Part shown: positions 1 through 7,780 of the stretch, one piece after another
How the letters are laid out: each line of letters starts with the position of its first letter
Position numbering within the stretch: position 1 is the stretch's first letter
Assembly (NCBI GenBank): GCA_036479435.1
Contig: JAZGFI010000153.1
Span: 1-39,767, forward strand
Reading direction: 5' to 3'
DNA: 39,767 nt
Source: Planctomycetota bacterium
GTDB taxonomy: Bacteria > Planctomycetota > GCA-002687715 > DRQF01
Translations under genes and position numbers: made by a program
The notes under the pieces: model-generated
What the model was told of the DNA's origin: nothing
Database searches by the model: none
Seen by the model: only the letters and a program-made list of their open reading frames with translations

Positions 1-100
1 ATCACTTAGCGAACCCGTCTAACGAGGAGCCGGATGCGTCAATCGCGCACGTCCGGATCTGTGGGGGGCTGGGGAGAAAAATCTCCCTGGTCTACCCGAC
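1..100 (+). mobile_element. 3' end of a group II intron (domain V at ~27-60, domain VI at ~63-97); the rest lies upstream of the window
   Basis: GAGCCGGATGCG-TCAATCG-CGCACGTCCGGATCT is a full-length domain V with an AGC triad and AC bulge. GGG-GGGCTGGGGAGA-AAAA-TCTCCCTGGTCT-A-CCC is a domain VI stem with a bulged A at 94. The segment ends CTACCCGAC (AY terminus) at 100. Confidence 0.9.
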
Positions 101-175
101 GACTAAATTCTCCCGCTTTTTTAGGTCAGACCTAAAAAAGCGGGAGAATTTAGTCTGACGCCGTACAGCCGGTTT
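101..175. repeat. Palindromic REP/MITE-like element, copy R1
   Basis: Perfect 26-bp inverted repeat 101-126/130-155 with loop CAG. On the minus strand it begins AAACCG-GCTGTAC-GGCGTCAG and aligns with 14128-14182. Confidence 0.9.
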
Positions 176-1599
176 TAGTTTTTGGCGGGGTGGGTGTCGA
201 GGAGTTTGTAGCGGTTTTGGGATAGCTGCATGGCGATGACGAAGTGGGCGGTGGTGAAGGCGGAGCCGTTGCCGCGGTCGGAGTTGCTCGACAACTGACG
301 GCTTTCTTTGGTGGGGCGGGAGGTGATCGCGCCGTCTTGGTCGCGCTGGGCCATGATGTAGTCGCGGTAGAGGAGCCAAAACTTTTCGTAGGACTTCTCG
401 CCTTTGACGGCGGCGGCGAGCGCGCCGTTGAGGATATGCATGGCGGGGCTCACGTGGCCCTGAGGGAGGGTGTCGAATTCTCGGTCTACGAAATTCCACA
501 TGCTCTTGGATGTCTTGCCACGACGGCTCAACTGGCGAAAAGCCCAATAGGCCCCGGCAGTCCGGCCTGCGTCACCGTGGCCGGCTTGGCCTTTGCGCGT
601 GGAGTAGGCGACGCCTCCGCCCGAGGTGCAGGCCTTTACGTATTCGATGGCCTTGGCCCTTTTGTCTTGGTCCAGCACGACGCCGACTCGCTCGGCCATC
701 CCCATGCCCGCCATGCAGAAGTTACTCATGATTTCGAGTTCGAGATACTTGAGCGCATTGGGGCCGCCGGGGCCGTGCGCCCAGCCGCCGCTTTGCTCCT
801 GGTTTTCCTGAATTTTGGCGACGACTTTTTTGAGCAGAGACTTGGTTTCTTTGCTTCGTTTTTGCGCCAAGGATTCGGATAGCAAGATCGCACCGTAGCT
901 AAGACTCCAGTTTGTCTGATTCCAATTCGCCCCTCCGCCTTGACTCATGCGGTCGTCGTCATCGAGAACGTGTCGTTTCACGTATTTGAGGGCGCGTTGA
1001 TAGTTTTTCTTGTACTTCTTCCCGGCTCCCAAAAACGCAGGCCCTGCGAGTGCCGCACCGGCTGTGCCTTGGTTTTGGTTGGCGAAGACGTCCTTGAATT
1101 TGCCATCGCCGTCCTGTGTTGCCTTCAAAAACTTGAGAGCGTCACTCAAGATGCTCTGACTGCGATGGCACTTGGCGGGGGTGTTGCCCTTGAAACTGCC
1201 GAGAGCCGCAACTGCGATCGCCAGCTTGACTTCCTTGCCCTTACGCCGAACAACGAGCTTTAGAATGCCCGTCTTCTTGTTGGGGGCTTTTTTCGCTTCG
1301 GCATTCATGACTTGCTGGCAAAAAGCGTCGATCAAGGGGTCGCCGGTACCCTTCAGTTTATTGCCGTTGACCTTCAAGATGCGGTCGCCGACTTTCAGTT
1401 TTCCTTTGTCAGCGGGACCTTTAGCGTGGATGCGGCGGATATCGATCGTGCCACTCTCCGACCCGGGGAGAGCCTGCGCCCCTATTCCACCTAAAGGATA
1501 GTAGTCGGATTTGTCGCGGCGCGGGCCCTGAGCCAACGACGAAAGTGCTAACGCGGCTAGGAGAAGGCAGGAGAACAAAAAGGAGCGGCAAGATGGCAT
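175..1599 (-). CDS. Secreted PDZ-domain plus alpha/alpha-barrel (prenyltransferase/DUF6288-like) protein
   Basis: Signal-peptide-like N-terminus, PDZ motif GPADKGKLKVGDRILKVNG, and QW-like repeats (QDGDGKF, QEQSGGWAH, QRDQDGA). Confidence 0.75.
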   Translation of the reverse strand: MPSCRSFLFSCLLLAALALSSLAQGPRRDKSDYYPLGGIGAQALPGSESGTIDIRRIHAKGPADKGKLKVGDRILKVNGNKLKGTGDPLIDAFCQQVMNAEAKKAPNKKTGILKLVVRRKGKEVKLAIAVAALGSFKGNTPAKCHRSQSILSDALKFLKATQDGDGKFKDVFANQNQGTAGAALAGPAFLGAGKKYKKNYQRALKYVKRHVLDDDDRMSQGGGANWNQTNWSLSYGAILLSESLAQKRSKETKSLLKKVVAKIQENQEQSGGWAHGPGGPNALKYLELEIMSNFCMAGMGMAERVGVVLDQDKRAKAIEYVKACTSGGGVAYSTRKGQAGHGDAGRTAGAYWAFRQLSRRGKTSKSMWNFVDREFDTLPQGHVSPAMHILNGALAAAVKGEKSYEKFWLLYRDYIMAQRDQDGAITSRPTKESRQLSSNSDRGNGSAFTTAHFVIAMQLSQNRYKLLDTHPAKN

Positions 1600-1709
1600 C
1601 GGTAAGTGCTCGCTGAATCGAAAGACTGAGCCGGGACGGGGAAGATAGCAAATGCGTTCAAGCTAGCCGCAAGTCGATGGATTTGTCATCCCCATCGAGA
1701 GGACAAGAT

Positions 1710-3692
1710 CTAGCGCAATCCCTCAAGAAGGTAGCGTGCGTTGTCGCGGATGGCTTTTGGTGCCCCTTCCGTATCGCAGCGTTTCAGCCAGCTCAGAGCT
1801 TCTTTGCGCCGGTCTAGCTGAATGGCGATCTTGGCCCGAAGGAGTTGGGCGGCCGGAAACTGTGCCGCGTCTTCTCCCAAGCCTTCCAGTACCAAGGCGG
1901 CGCGCCGGGGTTGGAGCGATAGGCGGCGTTGGCACAAAGCGAGCTTGCTCGCGACGAGAGCCTGGGCCTCGAAAGCGCGTTGTCGATCGGGGTCGCCCAC
2001 AAAGTCAGCTAGCCCCGAAGAGTCAGCAAACAGTCCCTGGGCGTCATCAAATCGACCTTCCGCGCCCGCCCGTTCAGCGAGGGCGATCATGACCGGGATG
2101 CGCAGCAGTTTCAGTTCGCGATCGCGCGACGCCAAAGCGCTTTGTTGCTTCATGGTCTGCTCGGCGCGATCCAAGGCCTGCAAGGCGGCGTTGAAGTCAC
2201 CGCTATCCATGTGTTTTCGCACGTCTTTCAAGGCGGCATTGAAGGCAATCGCGGCCGCGTTCTCAGTCATGGAGGCAGAATCGATGGTGTCGTTTGCGGA
2301 TTTCACGATAGCGCGGGCGCGTTCGCGATCCGTGCCTTGGAGCAGGCTAGCGGCTTGCTTGGCCAAACTCAGTTTTTCATCGAGACTGTCTGCCACTTCG
2401 GCGCGGCTAAGTAGTTCAAGACCTTCGAGGCGGCGGCGCTGTGCCTCGGACACCTCACCTTCGTTGGCGCCAATGTTATTCGTGTCTCCGTCATTCGCGT
2501 TCTGATTATCGCTGTCGGAGGGCTCGTCGCCGCCGCTGGATTTACGGTCAGCATCGGTCGTGCTGTCGACAGATTTCGCGAGCCCTAGGGCCTGAAGGGC
2601 TTTCTGCCGCAACTCGATGCCTTTGTCCTGCATCCCGAAAAACCAGCCCAAGGCGCCCAGCAAAGCCAATCCAAGGACGATCTTGGTGGGAAAGGAACGC
2701 TTTGTTTCGGTCGGCGAAATGACCACGGCCTCGGTTTCGCGCAAAGCTTGGTCGATGGCTGCTTGCAATTCAGCGCAGCTTTGAAAGCGCTCGCTGGGCT
2801 TTTTGGCGATGCAACGTTTGGCAACTTGCGCCACGGATGCCGGCAGACTGGGCACGCGTTCGCGCAAGTCCGGAGGCGAATTGAGCAGGTGTTCGGACAT
2901 GACGTTGCTTCCCGTGAAGGGAGCGCGGCCACTGAGCATGACGTAAGACATGCACCCCAAGGCATAGATGTCTGATTGAGCATCAGGGCTTTCGCCGTCC
3001 CATTGCTCCGGCGACATGTACATGGGCGTGCCGGCAAGCACATTGTTGTAAGAGGTCTGGCGCGTCTTCGGACCTTTGGCCACATGGGCGATACCAAAGT
3101 CGGTAAGTTTCAGACTTCCGTCTCGCGCGACAATGACGTTCTGCGGTTTCAGATCGCGGTGAATGAGTCCCGAGCGATGCGCAGCTTCGAGGCCGGCGAG
3201 AATCTGCTGCATGTAGCGCGCCCAGCGATCGACGGAAAGCCGGCCGACGTCTTTGATGAGGTGCGCGAGGCTACTGCCCTCGACGAGCTCCATGCAAATG
3301 AAGGGGCGACCCTGCCAAAACCCGCACTCGTAGACCGTCACCGCGTTGGGATGATTGAGGCGGGCGGCCTTGCGGGCCTCGTCGAGAATATCCGCAGCTT
3401 TCATGTCGCTGCGGCGATGCGGGAACTTGATGGCGACTTCGCGTTGCAAGTGGTTGTCGAAAGCCCGGCACACTTCGCCCTGACTGCCTTCACCCAAAAC
3501 TTGCGTCAAGGTGAAGCGATCATCAGCGGTCGTTCCGATCGGGCCTTCCGCGCCGCCAAGGGCAGGGTCAGCGCTGCCCTCGCCGTCGTCACGGGAGATG
3601 ATCGGCATGCGGGTCGTATCGCCCTCGCTGCGGCCGAGTATGGTTTTCTCGTCGTCTTCGGAGTGTTGATTTTTGGATTCTTCGTTGTTCAT
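1710..3692 (-). CDS. Membrane Ser/Thr protein kinase with extracytoplasmic TPR-like helical region
   Basis: Kinase motifs LGEGSQGEV, VAIK, HRDLKPQN, DFG, GTPMYMSPEQ and SDIYALG; TM segment IVLGLALLGALGWFF. Start placed at ATG 3692, though the ORF is open to 3800. Confidence 0.92.
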   Translation of the reverse strand: MNNEESKNQHSEDDEKTILGRSEGDTTRMPIISRDDGEGSADPALGGAEGPIGTTADDRFTLTQVLGEGSQGEVCRAFDNHLQREVAIKFPHRRSDMKAADILDEARKAARLNHPNAVTVYECGFWQGRPFICMELVEGSSLAHLIKDVGRLSVDRWARYMQQILAGLEAAHRSGLIHRDLKPQNVIVARDGSLKLTDFGIAHVAKGPKTRQTSYNNVLAGTPMYMSPEQWDGESPDAQSDIYALGCMSYVMLSGRAPFTGSNVMSEHLLNSPPDLRERVPSLPASVAQVAKRCIAKKPSERFQSCAELQAAIDQALRETEAVVISPTETKRSFPTKIVLGLALLGALGWFFGMQDKGIELRQKALQALGLAKSVDSTTDADRKSSGGDEPSDSDNQNANDGDTNNIGANEGEVSEAQRRRLEGLELLSRAEVADSLDEKLSLAKQAASLLQGTDRERARAIVKSANDTIDSASMTENAAAIAFNAALKDVRKHMDSGDFNAALQALDRAEQTMKQQSALASRDRELKLLRIPVMIALAERAGAEGRFDDAQGLFADSSGLADFVGDPDRQRAFEAQALVASKLALCQRRLSLQPRRAALVLEGLGEDAAQFPAAQLLRAKIAIQLDRRKEALSWLKRCDTEGAPKAIRDNARYLLEGLR

Positions 3693-3943
3693 AGCTTCGG
3701 CATCATAACGGGAGTGTAAACGCTTGCTTTCCTTTGGTTTGGAGGAATCCAAATACTCCACGGTGCGACGAATGATGTCTCTAAGGGCTCCAACGTTCAA
3801 GGTGTATCAATTATCGTGAAGGTGAAGGCAGGCAGGGGTTTAGGGCCTTCGGGTTACCGCAGGTGGGTCTCAATTCGGGTAATTTGTCGCTCTATATTGT
3901 TGTGGAGAAGGTGTGGGGAAAACGAGATCGCGAGGCCGGGGAC

Positions 3944-3977
3944 AAAAAAAGGTGCGGCGAAAGCCGCACCTTTTTTT
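3944..3977. terminator. Intrinsic terminator (bidirectional shape) after the sigma factor gene
   Basis: A7-GGTGCGGC-GAAA-GCCGCACC-T7. Confidence 0.9.
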
Positions 3978-4005
3978 CTGATTGCCACCCGACTCGTCGT
4001 CGAGG

Positions 4006-5214
4006 CTAGTTCGTTTCGAGCAATTCCGCGAGACGAAAACCGTCCGGGCCCGCCCGCAAACGCTCAAAGGCTGCCGCTTCGAGCTGGCGAACACGTTCGG
4101 CCGAGACGCCGATCTCCTTGCCAATTTCGCCGAGGGTGCAAGGACGTTCGGCGCCGATACCGAATCGGAGTTGGAGGATCTTTTGGTGACGCTCCGGCAA
4201 GGTCAGAAGTGAATCGCGAATCAAGTGACGGATGTCTTCTTGAATCACTTCTTGCTCGGGCATCGGCGTGTTCTTGTCACCGACGAGATCACCCAAACGA
4301 GTTTCGTCATCCGGTCCGGACTCCAAAGAGAGCACCGGACGGTTGACCGTGGGATTGGAGAGCATCTCGTTGAGTCTCATTCGAGCTTCGCCGAGCCCGT
4401 GATCGCCTTCTTCCATCATGGCTTCTTTTTGAGCCTTGCGGAGGTTCTGCGTCACGTTGACAGGGAGGCGAATCGTGCGGCTCTTTTCTTCGAGTGCGCG
4501 CAAGATGGCCTGCCTGATCCAAAGATAGGCGTAGGTCGAAAAGCGTACTGAGAAGCGAGCGGAGAAGGACTCGGTCGAACGAATCAAACCGAGGTTGCCC
4601 TCTTGAATGAGCTCAACGTAGGCCATCGGGCCGCCTTCGAACTTGCGTGCCACCGACAACACGAGGCGCAGGTTGCGTTCGATGAGCGGCCTTCGCTCCG
4701 CGATGAATTGCCGACGCAAGTGAGCGATCTTTTCTTCGAGACGGGTGCCGCCCTTGGCAATGGCCGACTGCTTGTAGCGTTCGAGCGGTGCGGGACGTAA
4801 GCCCACCCACAACAGGGCTCGAACCAAGGGGCACACGCCACCCTTGCGACCGCCTGAGAACGCCCGTTTGCGGCGTTTCGAGACCGTATCGAAGATCTTG
4901 TAGAGGCGCTCCGCGAGGGCCTCTACATCCTTGCCACCGGGCTTCGCCTTCGGCGGACCGGGGATGATCGACCGCGCGGAAATCTCGCCGGCCTTCCATT
5001 TCGTCAGGTCATCCCACACGGCATGGAGGCCCGCTTCGGTACCGAGAAAACTCTCGGTCCAACGGTGGCGAGCCATGATGAGGTTGCCGAGGAGCAAGTG
5101 CTCTTCGGAGGGGTCGAGCAGTTCGTGACTGCCGACTTCTTGCAGGTAGGCTCCGAGTCCGTCACCGGGTTGGATGCCACCGCTTTTGTCGTTGTAAGTA
5201 CTAAGTTTGACCAT
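4006..5214 (-). CDS. RNA polymerase sigma-70 factor, RpoD/RpoS-like (no region 1.1)
   Basis: Region 1.2 AYLQEVGSHELL; region 2 LIERNLRLVLSVARKF, LIQEGNLGLI, FSTYAYLWIRQAI, SRTIRLPV; region 4 TLGEIGKEIGVSAERVRQLE. Confidence 0.93.
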   Translation of the reverse strand: MVKLSTYNDKSGGIQPGDGLGAYLQEVGSHELLDPSEEHLLLGNLIMARHRWTESFLGTEAGLHAVWDDLTKWKAGEISARSIIPGPPKAKPGGKDVEALAERLYKIFDTVSKRRKRAFSGGRKGGVCPLVRALLWVGLRPAPLERYKQSAIAKGGTRLEEKIAHLRRQFIAERRPLIERNLRLVLSVARKFEGGPMAYVELIQEGNLGLIRSTESFSARFSVRFSTYAYLWIRQAILRALEEKSRTIRLPVNVTQNLRKAQKEAMMEEGDHGLGEARMRLNEMLSNPTVNRPVLSLESGPDDETRLGDLVGDKNTPMPEQEVIQEDIRHLIRDSLLTLPERHQKILQLRFGIGAERPCTLGEIGKEIGVSAERVRQLEAAAFERLRAGPDGFRLAELLETN

Positions 5215-5863
5215 GTTGTTTTCCGCGCTCCGTTCCCGGGAGCGCGCCTTGTCGTTTCGCGTTCTGCATTCAAATCCGTACGGGTGTCGCCAGCTCCATG
5301 AAGGCGCAACCCAAATTTATTCTTCGCTCAGGCCTTCGATCTTGCTAACGCAGAGATGAGAGGCGGTTGATCCTCGAGACATCGCGCTCGCGTTTCGCCG
5401 CTGGCGGGGACTCGTGTGCGCGTCCTTAGGCTTTCCGCGCTGGCTTCGGCAAGCGAAGCTGAATCCGCGGGTTGTTGTGTCGAGTCAGCGAATTGTCGAC
5501 TCCGTCCCCAGGGGGGATGGAGCCAGAGAGACCCTATAGCTCATCGCGGCAGTGCCCTGCGCCTTCGCGAAACCACGCGGCTTCGAAACTTCGCGCACAC
5601 CAAACTCTGCCGTGGCAAGAACTTTAGGTGGACTTCCCTCTCAGGACGACGGCCCTTTCGCAAAAAAGGTGATGCGCCGACTTCCTGGGATCTTTTAACT
5701 ACAGCTTGAGGCTGGACTTTACCAGTCCATTCCCGAGGAAATGCCATTCCTCAGTTTGCCCCGCCGAGTCAGCATGATACGACCCTCGGCGGTGGCGCAA
5801 AGCGATATTTTTCTTGAGCGATGATTTTTGCTCTTAAGGGCAGGGTCGGTTTGCGCCAAAAGC

Positions 5864-5899
5864 AAAAAAAGAGCGCCTTCGGATGACTCCGAGGCGCTC
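5864..5899 (-). terminator. Intrinsic terminator downstream of kynA and the candidate sRNA
   Basis: Minus strand GAGCGCCTCGGA-GTCA-TCCGAAGGCGCTC-TTTTTTT. Confidence 0.85.
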
Positions 5900-5990
5900 C
5901 TTAGTGAGAGAGTTTGTGGCTTTGCGACGGCGAGGAGATGAGTGAGTGAGAGAGAGAAGCTTTCCAGTTTCTCGCCGCCTCTCGGCTACA
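5864..5990 (-). ncRNA. Candidate small RNA with two CUCUCUCACU motifs
   Basis: Stem GGCGGCGAG/CUCGCCGUC encloses a CU-rich loop, with a second CUCUCUCACU just before the terminator. A promoter-like motif sits upstream at 5996-6022. Confidence 0.5.
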
Positions 5991-5995
5991 ACTGA

Positions 5996-6022
5996 TATTC
6001 GGAACAAGTCGCCGGCACTTGA
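5996..6022 (-). promoter_or_regulatory. Sigma-28 (FliA)-like promoter
   Basis: TCAAG-N14-TCCGAATA resembles the TAAAG/TCAAG-N14-GCCGATAA consensus. Confidence 0.4.
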
Positions 6023-6044
6023 CCCTCGAAGACAAATTTACCCA

Positions 6045-7133
6045 TCAATTCTCGTCGATGGCGAACCCTAGCCATTGAGGCTGCGGGATTTCGGGCAGTC
6101 GAGCCCGGTCCACCAAGTAACTCGTCGCCTTCAACAGATCGCCGAAAATACGGTACTGAGCCGCCGTAGCGTCCAAATAAGACACCCCGGAGCTTCCCCC
6201 GGTCCCGACGCGGAGGCCGATCATTCGTTCGACCATGCGGGCGTGCCGGAATCGGAAGAGGCGAAAGTGCTCCTCGAACTCGAGCACTCTTTCGAGAAGG
6301 GCATAAGGCCAAGCTAAGAGCGGTTCATTGCGGTAGCTCGCAATGAAGACAAAAGCCTGGTGGGCGCGATTAGTGACCTCGTCTCCCGACTCAAAAAAGT
6401 CCCGTGCGTCTTTTTTTCCGGACTCAACGCGCTTTTCGGTGATGGCGTGCTGTTCTTCGGACAAATTCGGATTGGCGCGCTGGATGGCGCACTGCTCATC
6501 GATGTAGGCGTCGTAGGTCTCAAGAAAGCGCTCGCCAAAGCCCGGGAAGGCGCGATCAAAGGGAGTGCGAGCGAGCCAAGCGAAGAGGGTGTCGCGGAGG
6601 CTCGGCTCGGCTTCTCGCCGCTTGACCTGCTCTCTCCGATTGGCGTCCAGGTGAGAATCGTAGGGTCGGCCCTGAAATTCGATGCGTTTGTCCGCATCGA
6701 GCCCGGCGACGATCTCGATCTCGCGAAACTGAAAGGACTGAAAACCACTTGCGGGCGCCAGTTGGTCGCGGAAACGCAAGAAGTTGGTGGGTGGCATCGT
6801 TTCGATCAAGGCGAACTGGTGACCAAGATGTTCCAAAGTCTTGGCGCAACGGTCCAAAAGGCGCGCGACTTCGGGAATCTCGGTCTCTGCGACCTCATTG
6901 TTCTCGCCGCGGGGCGTCATGCGATCCCGCGCGCTCGTCAGATCCGCCAGGATCATCTTCATCCACAATTCCATCGTTTGGTGGGTAATGATGAACAACA
7001 GCTCATCGTGGTGGATGAGAGGTCGGGTCGTTTTGGGGTCAGCGGCGGCCGGATCTGGGGGCAGCTGGCTTTCGAGGATGTGATCCAATTGTAGATAGCA
7101 GTGGTAGCTGACGGGGCGTTTTTTGGGGCTCAC
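6045..7133 (-). CDS. kynA: Tryptophan 2,3-dioxygenase
   Basis: YLQLDHIL, HHDELLFIITHQTMELW, ASGFQSFQFREIE and RHARMVERMIGLRVGTGGSSGVSYL. Confidence 0.95.
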   Translation of the reverse strand: MSPKKRPVSYHCYLQLDHILESQLPPDPAAADPKTTRPLIHHDELLFIITHQTMELWMKMILADLTSARDRMTPRGENNEVAETEIPEVARLLDRCAKTLEHLGHQFALIETMPPTNFLRFRDQLAPASGFQSFQFREIEIVAGLDADKRIEFQGRPYDSHLDANRREQVKRREAEPSLRDTLFAWLARTPFDRAFPGFGERFLETYDAYIDEQCAIQRANPNLSEEQHAITEKRVESGKKDARDFFESGDEVTNRAHQAFVFIASYRNEPLLAWPYALLERVLEFEEHFRLFRFRHARMVERMIGLRVGTGGSSGVSYLDATAAQYRIFGDLLKATSYLVDRARLPEIPQPQWLGFAIDEN

Positions 7134-7273
7134 GCGTATTCTCGCTCAAGATGGCCTTGGATGGGACATCCTACGGGTCGGTTTGGGGCGTAGCCAGAGC
7201 CAGGTTGACGCAAGGCCTTATGGAGGACACCGCCTGGTCCTGCTACTTTGGCTCCACACCGGAGCCCAAAACC

Positions 7274-7780
7274 ATGCCTAGCCATATCAGTCAGTTTCCC
7301 GCCGATTCCTATCTTCGGGTCTTTCATGCCCCGCGTCGCCTGATTGAAGCCGAACAAGCCAAGATCAGCAAAGTCATGGCCGCATTCCTGCCGACCTGGG
7401 TGGCCCACGAAGTTCCGATCACGGGCGACTTCGAAATTCTGCACGATCAATTCATCGTCGTGTCGGCCAACGAATCCATCACGCCTTTGTCCGGTTGTTC
7501 AAAGGACAGCCTCATCGGCGTCATCCGAGCCTTGAGTGCAGCGCTCGACCTCGATTTTGTCCACGGCCCGCCGCTCTGTTTTCGCGCGGGCGAAGAGATC
7601 CGCGCCGTCGATCGCAAGACTTTTGGCGATCTGGTGAAAGCCGGAGACGTCACCGGCGAGACCGTCGTGTTTGATTCGACGATCGCCAGCGTTGGTCCCT
7701 ACCTGGCCGGGAAGTTCGAAACCAAAGCCGCCGACTGCTGGCATGCGAAGGCCTTTCGCGATCTCGCCACTTCCGAGTGA
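7274..7780 (+). CDS. Conserved hypothetical protein with SGCSxD motif (family often mislabelled 'ABC transporter ATPase')
   Basis: WVAHEVPI...HDQFIVV...SGCSKDS...ETVVFDST...CWH pattern; GGAG RBS at 7261; stop overlaps the next gene's start. No Walker A motif. Confidence 0.7.
   Translation: MPSHISQFPADSYLRVFHAPRRLIEAEQAKISKVMAAFLPTWVAHEVPITGDFEILHDQFIVVSANESITPLSGCSKDSLIGVIRALSAALDLDFVHGPPLCFRAGEEIRAVDRKTFGDLVKAGDVTGETVVFDSTIASVGPYLAGKFETKAADCWHAKAFRDLATSE

Noticed and set aside
1..100. Class C (terminator/attC-targeting) group II intron
   Set aside because: Domain V is full length with an AGC triad, not the short CGC type.
101..155. Simple rho-independent terminator
   Set aside because: The 26-bp arms have no flanking U-tract and are homologous to three other dispersed copies. 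It may still terminate transcription, but it is a repeat element.
5700..5770. c-di-GMP-I riboswitch (GGCAAAC on the minus strand)
   Set aside because: It lacks the GNRA-capped stem and the GACGCAAAGC segment.
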